NCBI GenBank assembly: GCA_002104905.1
Contig: MCFE01000473.1
Coordinates: 1-64,000 of the forward strand
DNA length: 64,000 nucleotides
Direction: 5' to 3'
From: Basidiobolus meristosporus CBS 931.73
Lineage: Eukaryota > Fungi > Basidiobolomycota
A model generated the notes under the pieces. It had not been told where the DNA came from, searched no databases, and saw nothing but the letters and a program-made list of their open reading frames with translations. A program made the position numbers and the translations under genes. Position 1 is the stretch's first letter. The number at the start of each line of letters is the position of its first letter. Below, piece by piece: positions 24,490 through 36,387 of this stretch.

Positions 24490-25914
24490 AAGATAGATTC
24501 TTATCTGAAATCTTTGAGTTTCAAGAGGAGTAATGCTGACTATAATATATACCATAAGCCAGATAGAGCAAATCTAGTTCTATTAGCTCTATATGTGAAT
24601 GACCCTTTTATAGCCACTAATAACCTAGAAACATTAGAAGTGACTAAATCTAGCCTATCTAAGAAGTTCAAGATATCCAATCTAGGAGAACTCAGTTACT
24701 AATTAGGGATTAAGCCGTCCATAGACTGAAGTACCCAGACTATTACCCTAAGCCAATCCAAGTATATTCAAGATATACTAAAGAAGTACCAAATGGAAGA
24801 CTGTAAACTGGCAGCTACCCCAATGAAAACAAACCTTAACTTGGTCAAAACTCAACCAAATCAAGAGAGCTTGGTGCCATCTGAAAGCCCTGACTTTCCT
24901 TATCAATCTATGGTTGGCGGTCTGATGTATATCATGCTTGGAACGCGTCCAGATATCTCATATTCAGTGGGAGTTGTCAGCCAACATAATCAGAACTATG
25001 GATCTGATCATATTGCAGCAGTTAAGCAGATTTTTAGTTATCTAAAAGGAACTACTGATATCTGCTTAAGATACACTTATAAGGATTCAGAATAGGATCT
25101 TGTGGGATACTCTGATGCAGATTGAGGACAAAATTTGGAAGACAGAAGATCCACCAGGGGATACACCTTGCTTTACTGTAAAGGAGCAATTTCATGGAAT
25201 TCAAGAAAGCAGCCAACTATAGCACTTTCTACCATAGAGGCAGAGTATATGGCAGCCTATGAAGCTGCAAAAGAAGTAATGTGGCTAAGAAAGCTTCTTA
25301 CAGATTTAGGCCTATGTCAAAAAATGCCTATTACATTATTTCAAGATAATCAAGGATGTATACAATTAGGTAAAAATCCAACTTTTCATGCTAGAACCAA
25401 GCAAATAAGTATTAGACATCATCTCATACATGAAGCTATAGGGAATAACTTAGTTAGATTAGTTTACTGTCCTACAGATGAAAGATTGCAGACATGTTTA
25501 CAAAACCATCAGCTAGTGACAAGTTTGAATATCTTAGGTCAAAATTAGGACTAGTCAGTATGAGCATTTAGCTGAGTGAGAGTGTTGTAAAGACTTGTAT
25601 TTCCACCTAAATACTCCCCTAACTTAGTCACTTAGAGCATTACCTTCAAATCCTAGAGAATACTGACCAAATTCCTTGTTGGGATTTACTTGGATTATTT
25701 ACCCAGAACATGAAAATTCTCAAAGTTGTCCAAACAGCCCCAAGCTTTGCACACATGTTCTTGGAACCTTTCTTAGTCTATTCTATCTGTTTGTAATGCC
25801 AAGATCATGTAAAAGTATAAATACTGCTTTTACATTCAATAAATCATTAAGTGAAAACCACATAATCTACTTGGTCTCCCAATCACTTCCAATATCTCAA
25901 AGACTCTTACAACA
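24490..25914 (+). mobile_element. Ty1/copia 3' fragment: RT C-terminus, RNase H, PPT and 3' LTR (25583-25914)
   Basis: LYVNDPFI (YVDD decayed), YQSMVGGLMY...TRPDI, ISWNSRKQPTIALSTIEAEY; purine tract then TGTTGTAA...CTTACAACA LTR. Confidence 0.9.
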
Positions 25915-28243
25915 AAATCCCTATATGCAATGAGACAACACCCGTTGAAACAAATGCCCAGGATACTTTATGAAGGCAAGTGAGCCCAGTATTCCATCTA
26001 CTGGTGAATGATGTAATGTTGTGGCAAGAGAAGTGGCATGTTTCCACTAATATCAGTAATGGGGGCTTTGAGGATTTATTACTACTTCTTGCCAAATTCA
26101 TACCATGATGCAACTTACCATGTACATGGTACAAGTGGACAACCATCATGCAGCTGGCAACCTATGATCAAGCAACTGTCCTGATTCCAGCATGTGTTAA
26201 CAGTTGCATGGCATTTACATCCAAAAATGCTACCATTGCATCATGTCCAAATTGTCAGGAATGCACCACCATTGAGGAAAAACATTGTTCCCACTCTAGA
26301 TATATTCCAGTCATACACCATCTGAGGAAGCTGATGCAGTTCAACAAATATTGCAAATCTATACAGTACCACAGTCAGTGTCAATCAAGTGCAAACATAA
26401 TCAATATATTTGATGGCAAACATTACCAACAGCTAGGAAGCAAGGGCTACTTTGAAGGTGTGTATGACCATGCCTTTGCTTTAGCACTTGATGGATTCTT
26501 GTTAAACAAGCACTCTACCAGCAAATCCTGCTGGCCACTGATTCTCATCAATCTGAATCTGCCACCCATCTTATGGTATCAGAGCAATAATCTGATGGTA
26601 GTCTCACTGGTATCTGGGCCTATATCACCATCCAACCTTGATGGCTACAAGTATCCATTGCTGGATGAATTTTGTATGCTTTCCAGCAGGATAACCATGA
26701 AAGGCCATCATGTAAAAGCACATATTATTATCTGCATTGGAGTTACCCCAGCCATCAGCAAGATAGCAGGTTTTTCCAGGCACAATGGACAGTATTGCTG
26801 TCTAATGTGTGAGATCCAGGGGATTAATCCATAACTTGCCAACATTATTATTACCCAAACACTAGCACCAAGAAAATCATCTTTCCACAGAGAGAACACA
26901 GAGAAGTCAGTATGCAATTGCAGCAAAGTTGGCAAGCTATAAGCCATTGGCCAGAATATAGAATCAATAGGAAACCAGAGATACTCAAGATACAGGGTAT
27001 CTGCTGGAGCAAATGCTTTCCATGGCAAGCAATGCATTTGCTTTTCAGCAATATCCCTATACTGATGACCAAGTTGTATAAGGGGTATTTCAGGCTAAGT
27101 GAGCCCTTTGAGATACTGGAGAAATTTGAAAGACTTGGCAAGATATTACAGAGTATCTGCTACCCTAAGTACTTCTCATGGGCTCCAATTAATATTCATA
27201 CACACTTGCAATAATAATACAAATGCAAAGACTGGATGAGCAGGATATATATTTATTCAAGTGGTGTTCTGAAGCCATTCCTACCAAGAGTACATTGGAA
27301 GCATTGGTAGTCATATGTGGACATTGTGGGATTATATATCCAGAAGTCAATCACCAGTCCCAGCTTGACACATCTACAGCTATTGTGTGAGGAGTTTGTG
27401 ATGGGATGTGAGTGGCTATACTAAAAACATAAAGCTGAATGAATAGATCTCTGCTGCTACTGTATCCATCCTCTACTCCATCTTGCATGGTGTGTGGGAA
27501 ATATTGGGCCTTGCTTCACCTTCTGGGAGTTTCTATGGAGCAGATGTATGGGGAGATAGGAAGACAAGTCAAGTTGCTGGTACTACCATATCCTAATCTC
27601 ATCAAGAATATTACCTTCAAGTCCATCATGGATGTGATGAGTTGTCACATGGAGGACAGTCAAGAAGAGTTGGAAAATCTGAGGACAAATGTGCACATGG
27701 AGACACCTATGCCTATGGCATTAAGAAGCTAAGCAGCTGCAATGTGTGGGTAATTAGTTAAGTAATGCAAGGTTAGGTTGGGTGCAACAAGCAACTTATG
27801 TTTACCAGGAAAACTCTACCAAGATATGCCAGATTTCCCATGGCCACAAGCCAACTTCTACACCATTCAGTGCAGAATTCACATAAACAAAAGCCAGAGC
27901 ACACCTATCAGGGGAACTAGAATCCAGCAGGGAGAAGGAATATATTGGCTAAATATTGCGAAGTTCTTTGCAGATATTCAGGAGGTATTCATGGCAGAAG
28001 TGGGAACTATTAAGCATATTCCTATGAAAAATTATTGAGATGATCCCATCAAAAGGCCGTCACACAGTTAATGTCCCATGACTAAGAGGTACTGATCTTG
28101 TCAGGACACTGTCCAGAGACTGTGAAAAATAATTGAACCCCAGATTTCACAGAACACTTTGTCAAAATTTTTCATCACAACAATGTATAAGTGGCTTTTG
28201 ATTGCTTGCCTGCCAATTTGCTCACTATCTGATCCCGGACACT

Positions 28244-30414
28244 CTATTGCCTCCTATGTTGTGTGAGTTGATTGGCTATTGCCTCTTTTTCACACTCCTT
28301 ACTTCCTGACTCAACCATTGCTCTCACTTTTCATGCGTAGGAATTGACTAATTTCCATTGAAACTTCAGTTGTACATCAATTGCCAATTGTATTGACCTA
28401 TACAAGTCTCTATACCCTACACTAACATTAAGCCCAACCTCACACTCAACAAGTAACTCCATTAAAATCCACCACTCAATAGGTATTTCTGCTGTAAAGC
28501 TCTGGTTCCACAACTATGGCAGGAACCTAACGGCTTTATGACACTGTTCATTCACTGGTTCCCACACATCCTGGTCTTCAGCCAGCACTACAAGGTCTAG
28601 CTCCTCATCTGCCAGTCTCTGCAATAAATCCTTGCAATATTCCAGTGTGTTTTCTTGAGCACTGCTCTTGAAGAAGTGCTGCAACCTCTTGGTGTGCCTA
28701 TTAATGTTCCAAAACTTCACTGAAGGCATTGTGATAGTCTTTTAAGCTCTTGATGTTGTAGACTTGTCTGTCAGTGGGATCTCCACTCTGTCAGAAATGG
28801 AGGCTGTGGAGGCTTTGGTAGACAAATTGTCTTTTTCAGCAAACTCATCTACCTTGCTGGAGTGTAGCTCAACTGACTGCACTTCCAACTCTTGTGAAAA
28901 CAGCTGTTCTCTTGTTAGTAATTCTTCTTGGCTATGATGGGATTCAGTCTGTTCCTGGCTTGCAGCATTAATTGGCAAGAGCTGCAGTTTTTTTTGCATG
29001 CATCCCTGTCTCAGGCTTGGGTAGACATTTTTCCCTTTAACTTTTCCTTTATCACTGCCAGGTCTTTCACTGCTACTTTGTCTGAGTGCTTTGTGTAAAC
29101 AAATACGTTTCTCCTCAATAAATTCTGCTCTGACGCATCTGTTTTGGCCTGCTTGTCCCTTGCTGGCACTCATCTGGCAACCTGACGTTTCTTTTCAGCA
29201 TGTTTTGAGCTCTCAACCATAGTTGTGATGGGCTCCTGTATAAGCAACTGGTTTTTATCTCTGCCAGATCCTTCACTGCTACTTTGACTGGATGCTTCTT
29301 GAGTGGTACTACTCTTTTTCCTTGATAATGTTGTGCTGGTGCATTCATGTCTGCCTGCTTTTCCTTGATTGGCACTCTTCCAGCTGCCTGACATCTCTTT
29401 GACACTGGTATGGAGCTTTTGGCCCTGCTTGTAACAGGCTCTTGAGGAAGTTGCTGGTTTTTAGCCATGGCACCCTTGTTCTTCTGCCTTTGATAGTTTC
29501 TGCTATTCTTAAGATACTTTCTTACCATACCAATGCTGGCCCAAAATTCATTTGCCCGTTTGAATCCAGGATAATGCTCATGGAACAAGTCAAGTGCATT
29601 CTGCTTGGCCTTGAGTTCCTGATGGTCCCATGGTATGCTGGCCTTAAGGTGATGGTGTGCCAGACTTCTGAAGGCCTCTTGTATATTAGCCCACTCTTCA
29701 CTATTGCACTCAACAGCTTCATGGATCTTCAATGTCATTCGATTTTTAGGCTTTGGTGTAAACATCACATTGTCTCCTCCCATGCTGTCATAGGTTTTCT
29801 GTGGGCTTTATCTTTGGGCACTGTTGTTGTGCTTCAAAGACTGTACAGTGTTCCTCTGCTGTTACATTGGGAAATGGCTCAATTCTTGGCTGTGACATTG
29901 AGCTACTTGAGTTTCTTCTTTGCAGCAAAGATACTGCTTTCTCTACCTGGGATATTAATTGCTCTACACGTATTATCTGCTCATTCTGTTTCTGGACTAC
30001 TTCCTGATTTCTCTGGGCCATTTCATCTATCCTGTCAGCCATTGCACCTAATTGCTTCATTAATGCTCTGGTATGAGCTGACAACATACTTGCTAATATG
30101 GGTGGTGGTGATGTTATTGTGGCCACTTGCTGATCTTCAACAGAGGGTACTGTATTTGCTACATTCTCCTCTGCCTGAGCATAATAGTCAGCTTATGGCT
30201 CCGCAGAGGTTCCCAGTTGCCTACTTGACTGAGAGCCTGAGGAGTCCGCATTATTACCTTCAATGGGCACACTGTCCACAGGGCATTTTTTGGATGTACC
30301 CCCACTTGTTGCACTGAATGTCAAAGCAAGCTGTTGTCCAACCATTCTTCTGTTGCTGTCAGTGGTGGGGTTTAGTTGAGAAACAGACAACTTTGCTTTA
30401 TTTTTTGGTGGCAT
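28244..30414 (-). pseudogene. Second, divergent ORF of the CMC transposon (~720 codons, disrupted), unknown function
   Basis: Fragments from MPPKNKAK... through IPWDHQELKAKQNALDLFHEHYPGFKRANEFWASIGMVRKYLKN to ...EKEAIANQLTQHRRQ*; the same fragments recur in copy C starting at 38775. Confidence 0.7.
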
Positions 30415-30636
30415 ATATATGGAAGTGAGTCAAACCAAAGGGGTAATAGTGTTACATATACATGTGTATGTGGTGCCACAACTTTATTTATAATGCTTAC
30501 TATGGCAGGTCATTATTGTATCTTACATTCATGTAGATGCAATGTCTCAAACACAAGACTGTCTTAAGTTCACATGAGTAGTGACCAAAAAGTGATATAA
30601 TAGCATTACATTGTTGAAGGTCAAACTGTTTGCCCC

Positions 30637-33561
30637 ATGGACAAGACTACTTTGACTCAATGCCATAAGAGAAGAGAAAAAAGACCATGTGGCTATTGTG
30701 GCAAGCCTCTCAACCATGAAGCACGCAGACAGCATAAGAAGTATTACAAGGACCACAGCCAGTGTTTTGCTACCCAAATCATATTTAACCATTCATTGGT
30801 CACTACCATACCAACACTATCTTGCCAGCCAGTTGATACTTCTATATTGGCACCTGGCTGTCTTTGTCACCTTATGCAAACTGAGTTAGGTGAGTTTGTG
30901 ACGCCTTTAGGCTCACCTCAGCATTCTGAATAGGGCATGCAGAGTGATAGCTCTGACAAACAAGGTTCACTGATGGATTTTGAGCCTATCTCCCCTAATA
31001 ACAGTACCATGTATGAGCCCGGTCAAATCCCTATATGCAATGAGACAACACCTGTTGAAACAAATGCCAAGGATACTTTATGGAGCCAAGTGAGCCTAGT
31101 AATCCATCTACTGGTGAATGATGCAATGTTGTGGCTAGAGAAGTGGCGTGTTTCCACTAATATTGGTAATGGGGGCTTTGAGGACTTATTACTACTTCTT
31201 GCCAAACTCATACCATGATGCAACTTACCATGTACCTGGTACAAATGAACAACCGTCATGCGGCTGGCAACATATGATCTAGAGACTGTACTGATTCCAG
31301 CATGTGTTAACAGTTGCATGGCATTCACATGCAAAAATGCTACCATTGCAATGTGTCCAAATTGTCAGGAATCCACCACCATTGAGGGAAAACATTGTTC
31401 ACACACCAGATATATTCTGGTCATACACTGTCTGAGGAAGCTGATGCAGTCCAACAAATATTGCAAAGCTATATAGTACTGCACTCAGTATCAATCAAGC
31501 CCAAACATATCCAATATATTTGATGGCAAACATTACAAACAGCTAAGAAGCAAGGGCTACTTTGAAGGTATGTATGACCATGCCTTTGCATTAGCACTTG
31601 AGGGATTCTCATTAAACAAGTACTCTACCAGCAAATCCTGCTGGCCACTAATTCTCATCAATCTGAATCTGCTGCCCATTTTGCAGTATCAGAGTAATAA
31701 TCTGATGGTAGTCTCACTGGTATGTGGGCCTAAATCACCACCCAACCTGGATAGCTACCTGTATCCATTGCTGGATGAGTTTTGTATGCGTTCCAGCAGG
31801 ATAACTGTAAAAGGCCGTCATGTAAAAGTACATATTATTATCTGCATTGGAGATACCCCAGCCATCAGCAAGATAGTAGGTTTTTCTGGGCACAAAGGAT
31901 GGTATTGCTGTCAAATGCGTGAGATCCAGGGGATTTACTCCATAACTCACACACATTATTATTACCCAAACACCGGCACTAAGAACATCATCTTTCCACA
32001 TAGAGAACATACAGAAGTAAGCATGCAATTGCAGCAAAGTTGGCAAGCTATAAGCCATTGGCCAGAATATGGAATCAATTGGAAACCAGCAATACTTAAG
32101 ATACAGGGTATCTGTTAGAGCAAAAGCTTTCCACAGCAAGCAATGCATTTGCTTTTCAACAATATCCCTATAATGATGACCAAGTTGTACATGTGGCATT
32201 TCAAGCTAAATGAGCCCTTTGTAATACCGGAGAAATTTGAAAGAATTGGCAAGATATTACAGAGCATCCGCTACCCTAAGCACTTCTCACAGTCTCCAAT
32301 TAATATTCATATGCATATGCAACAATACAAAAGCAAAGACTGGATGAACTGGATATGTATTTATTCAAGTGGTGTTCTGAAGCCATTCCTACTGAAAGTA
32401 CAATGGAAGCATTGGGAGTCATATGTGGACATTGTAGGATTATTTGTCCAGAAGCGGATCACCAATGCCAACGTGTTGCATCTACAGCTGTTGTGTGAGG
32501 AGTTTGTGACAGGATTTGAGTGGCTATACTACAACCATGAAGCTGAATGCGTAGATCTCTGCTGCTACTGTATCCATTCCCTACTCCATCTTGCATGGTT
32601 TGTGGAGAATATCAGGCCTTGCTTCACCTTCTGGGAGTTTCCTATGGAGTGGATGTGTGGGGAGAAAGGAAGACAAGTCAAGTTGAAGGTACTACCATAT
32701 CCCAATCTCATCAAGAATATTACCTTCAAGCCTGTCATGGATGTGATGAGTTGGCACATGGAGGACAGTCAAGAAGAGTTGGAAAATCTGAGGACAAATG
32801 TGCACCTGGAGACACCTATGCCTATGGCATTAAGAAGCTAAGCAGTCCCAATGCATGGGTAATCAGTTAAGTAATGTAAAGTTGGGTTGGGTGCAACAAG
32901 CAACTAATTTTTATCAGGAAAACTCCACCAAGAAATGCCGGATTTCTTGTGATCACAAGCCAACTTCTACACCATTCAATACAGAATTCACACAAACAAA
33001 AGCCAGAGCGCACCTATAAGGGGGACCAGAATCCAGCAGGGAGAAGGAATATATTGGCTAAATGCTAAGAAGTTCTTTGCCAATATTCAGGAGGTATTCA
33101 TGGCAGAAGTGGCAACAACCAAGCATACATTTGCAAGATGTATATGCTACCAGCAGTACAAGGCATATGGCAACTTTGCAAGTATCACACTAAAAAGCCG
33201 TAAAGTTGAGGTGATAGAAGTATATCAATTGTGGCAGGTGTGCGCATTTGCAGAGGTTAGTAAGCAGGAGGCCATAGTTTTTTAGATTCAAACTAAATGT
33301 GGAATACCCAAGGTAGTGGTAGGTAAGCAAATAAAGAAAGGTGATTCTACAGTGGAATATATGAATTGCACAAGGGGAGGTAGCAAAAGGAAATACCTTT
33401 TGGTAAATTGGTACGGTAGCATTATACAGAACCAGCGGCAGGCCGTCATACTGCCAAGAAAAAGCCATCAGAGTCTTGCTGTGAGGCCGTTGAGATACCA
33501 TCAAGTTTCTTGCCATATAAGGCAATTGGAAGTCCTGGCCAACTGGATCCACTTAAAATAG
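30637..33561 (+). pseudogene. En/Spm-like (Tnp2/Transposase_21-type) transposase, disrupted
   Basis: N-terminal CGYC...H motif; FALALEGF..WPLILINLNL; CIGDTPAISKIVGFSGHKG..CC; HSLLHLAWFVENIRPCFTFWEFPMEWMCG (DUF4218-like). Several stops and frameshifts. Confidence 0.85.
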
Positions 33562-34264
33562 TAATAGAGTGCTGAAAGACTGCAACAATGCCATGCAAAT
33601 ATTTTAACAGCACCAATCAAAAATCATCAAGCTTTATCCCTTTATTTGGCTGTAAAATTTGCAAAACACCGTCATGATCTTGTTATAAGATTGTCAGGAG
33701 GGTCACTAACTCCAAGCTGCTGTTATTATGATGGTCTCTAAACGGGATCTTGACGGATGATCTGGATTGAATCCACCTGTGGGACCAAATTATTTTTTGT
33801 AAGGTATGTTTGCAAGATGTATATGTTACCAGCAGTACAAGGTATTTAGCTACTTTGCAAGTATCACACTAAAAAGCTGTAAAGTTGAGGTGATAGAAGT
33901 ATGTCAATTGCAGCAGGTGTGGGGGGTGATTCTACAGTGAAGTATATGAATTGCACAAGGGGAGGTGGAAAAAGGAAATACCATTTGGTAAAGTTGTATG
34001 GTAGCATTATACAGAACCAGCTGTAGGCCATCATATTGCCAATGTAATGCCATCAGAGTCTTGCTGTGAGGCTGTTGCAATACTGTCAAGTTTCTTGCTA
34101 TATAAGGCAATTGGATGTCCTGGCCAATTGGATCCACTTAAAATAGTTATAGAGCGCTTAAAGACTGCACCAATACCATGCAAATATTGGCACAGCACCA
34201 ATTAAATCTTGTCATGTTTTATTCCTTTGTTTGGTTGTAAAGTTAGCAAAATACCATTGTAATC

Positions 34265-35451
34265 TGTTGTGTTGTATTATGATTAGTTTGGGGCTTGTTC
34301 TACAATGTAGAGGCTAATCAATAATATACAACAACTTCCAGTATGCTAATACTGAAATAGTTTATTGGGAGTTTGCTATACCAATAGAAGATATAACTTT
34401 CACTAATTTCCTCAATCTTAGGCTCAAAATATACTGTAGGCAGTGCCTATCACTTCTACAGCAGTGTTCTGACCTTCTGTTGACTTTCTAAGAAAATATT
34501 TCCAAGTATGGAAATTTTGAACTCCCCTTTAACCTAAAGGGGTGTGTTGTAGAAGTCTCTCAAGGGGTCTTGAGACCTAAAGGGGTGTCTAAAGGGGTCT
34601 CTTTAGAGTAAAGGGGCTTCTTGTAGTGGTCTCTAAAGTGGACTTTACACTAAAGGGGTGCCTAAAGGGGCTTCTTTAGAGTAAAGGGGTTTCTTAAAGG
34701 GGTCTCTAAAGGGGTCTTTAGACTAAAGGGGTGTCTAAAGGGGTGCCTTTAGAGTAAAGGGCTTTCTTAGAGGGGACTTTTCTGACAGAAAAGTGGTAGT
34801 TTCTTGTAGAACTTAGCTTGGATTCTTGTGAGCTTTGCAGTCTCTCTACTGATGTGGTACCAATCAAAGTCAGAATACTCAACAGTGCAAGAGATGCAGG
34901 GGAAGTCTTATAACCTTTAAACTTGTAATCATAGTGTGGAGATTCTGGAAAGAAAGGCTCCCTCTTTATTTTTCAGCTGGGGAAGTCATATATATGATAT
35001 TTCTGAAGGATCAAAGTTTTTGGGTGATTGCGCAAGCAATACACGTGATACAAAGCCAAAAATAGCAGTGGCGCAGATTGGACATAGGTGCAGCACCTGT
35101 GAAAGTTTCACGTGATATGAATGGCTGGTTCAAAAGTTACACGCGATCAAAGTCACCATAGTAATCCTAGCAATAAGGCATAGTATACATATTAATTGGA
35201 CTCTTTTGGTCATAACTCCTTAAGTACTGCTTCAAATGAGCTGTGATTTGAAACATGAGTTGGCTACTATGTGTTCTGTATGAAATAATATTCTTAGGTG
35301 GATTGCTTGCCAGGGTCTGGAGCAGTTGTTCTTCAAAGTTGGAAATTCTTGATCTTTCACTTGTGTGTTACAATAGCAAAAGCAAAATAAAGAAATGAGT
35401 GCAATATTGGTTTAGAGATATTGTAGTAATGGAATACTTTCCATTACCACA
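34265..35451. mobile_element. ~1.19-kb solo-LTR-like element, copy 1 (TGT...ACA, 4-bp TSD AATC)
   Basis: AATC|TGTTGTG...ATTACCACA|AATC; host CMC sequence is continuous across the site by comparison with copy B at ~33670; homologous to 41179-42244. Confidence 0.85.
34535..34775 (+). repeat. G-tract minisatellite (TAAAGGGG core)
   Basis: 13 GGGG tracts counted by hand in 241 bp, mostly as TAAAGGGG, interleaved with CTTTAG. Confidence 0.9.
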
Positions 35452-35700
35452 AATCCTTTCACATGACTGTTGGGAGGGTCATTAAAGTTTGGTATTTCAT
35501 ATTTAGATTTCTACAAACCCTATTAATCTCCTGATAGTTGAGAACCTCTTAGCAACTCTAGAAATTTGTAAAACACTCAGGAAAGAGTAATTATTAGCCC
35601 ACAATAGTCACAAGATGTTTGCTGACAACAAACAGCAGCCAGGTCATGAACTGGATGATGGGGATCCAGTATGGATCTTAAGAAGAAATATTGCCACTAG

Positions 35701-36068
35701 TGTTACAATTCTTGGTATAAAAGCTGTAAAGCAATAGTAAGTTTAGGTAGTATTGTATTCACTAAAACTTGAAATGATTTTTATTGAGGTTCCAGCAGCT
35801 CCTTACATATATTTTGCCAGATCAATTGCAGACTTATTGTATTTCCTAATGTATATTGTGGTTGATAACTCATTTGATTGCATTATCATTGCCCAATAAG
35901 ATCCTACTTGGTATATCTATTCCTGTCTGATAAGGATCTGCTGATTCATTTGCTGACTAATGCTACTCATTTGATATATAACACTGATATACTCATAGGC
36001 TAAGCATATAACTACTTGAATTGACTAAAAGCCATCTAACTTGAACATTCAAGTGGTAATTTATAACA
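35701..36068 (-). repeat. Diverged solo LTR of gypsy family G1, 4-bp TSD CTAG
   Basis: CTAG|TGTTACAATTC...TTATAACA|CTAG; aligns to the LTRs at 47087 and 51656. Confidence 0.85.
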
Positions 36069-36387
36069 CTAGTAGCCCTTGTAGCAAGTTGGCACCATTC
36101 AAGGCCAACAAAAGAGTAGCTCAAATGTATGCTCATTATTAGTCATCCAAAGTGTGAATGAAGTAGCAGAGAACCAAATAAAAGCAACTTACAGATTGTT
36201 GTGGCAAGCAATTATGTCAAAGTCTTTGACAAAATGCATCATAAGATCTGAGGTGCATGTTTTAAGCAGGTTCTTCAATGTCAAAACAACACCATTACCT
36301 CTTAGTCATGAGGTGAAGCTTTTTTGACCGCCTTTGATGTGCATATCATGACTATCTTTCATAGGAATATAACTCAAGCCACAGAGT

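Larger units (their letters stand above)
28020..33804 (+). mobile_element. En/Spm (CMC)-type transposon copy B, both ends present, nested in copy A
   Basis: Left end TCCTATGAAAAATTATTG, right end AATTATTTTTTGTAAGG. Flanks AAGCA-TAT / TAT-GTTTGCA rebuild the copy A sequence, giving a 3-bp TSD (TAT). Confidence 0.85.
25915..36366 (+). mobile_element. En/Spm (CACTA/CMC)-type DNA transposon copy A, 5'-truncated and interrupted by copy B and two solo elements
   Basis: Transposase remnants 25915-28019 (ALDGF...CWPLILINLNLPP; GVTPAISKIAGFSRHNG..CC..C). Resumes at 33805; right TIR ends ...TTTCATAGGA at 36366. Confidence 0.85.

Noticed and set aside
34535-34775. Interstitial telomere or CRISPR-like array
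   Set aside because: Units are irregular, lie inside a TSD-flanked element and have no unique spacers; no cas genes are present and the context is eukaryotic.
34265-35451. Helitron/Helentron or Ginger interpretation of the hairpin-ended element
   Set aside because: Helitrons leave no TSD and end in CTRR, while both copies have 4-bp TSDs; Ginger elements have long TIRs, absent here.
36367-36387. Spacer between CMC copies resembles copia sequence at ~55950 (TCAAGCCACAGA)
   Set aside because: A 12-bp match is too short to distinguish from chance in a repeat-rich window.
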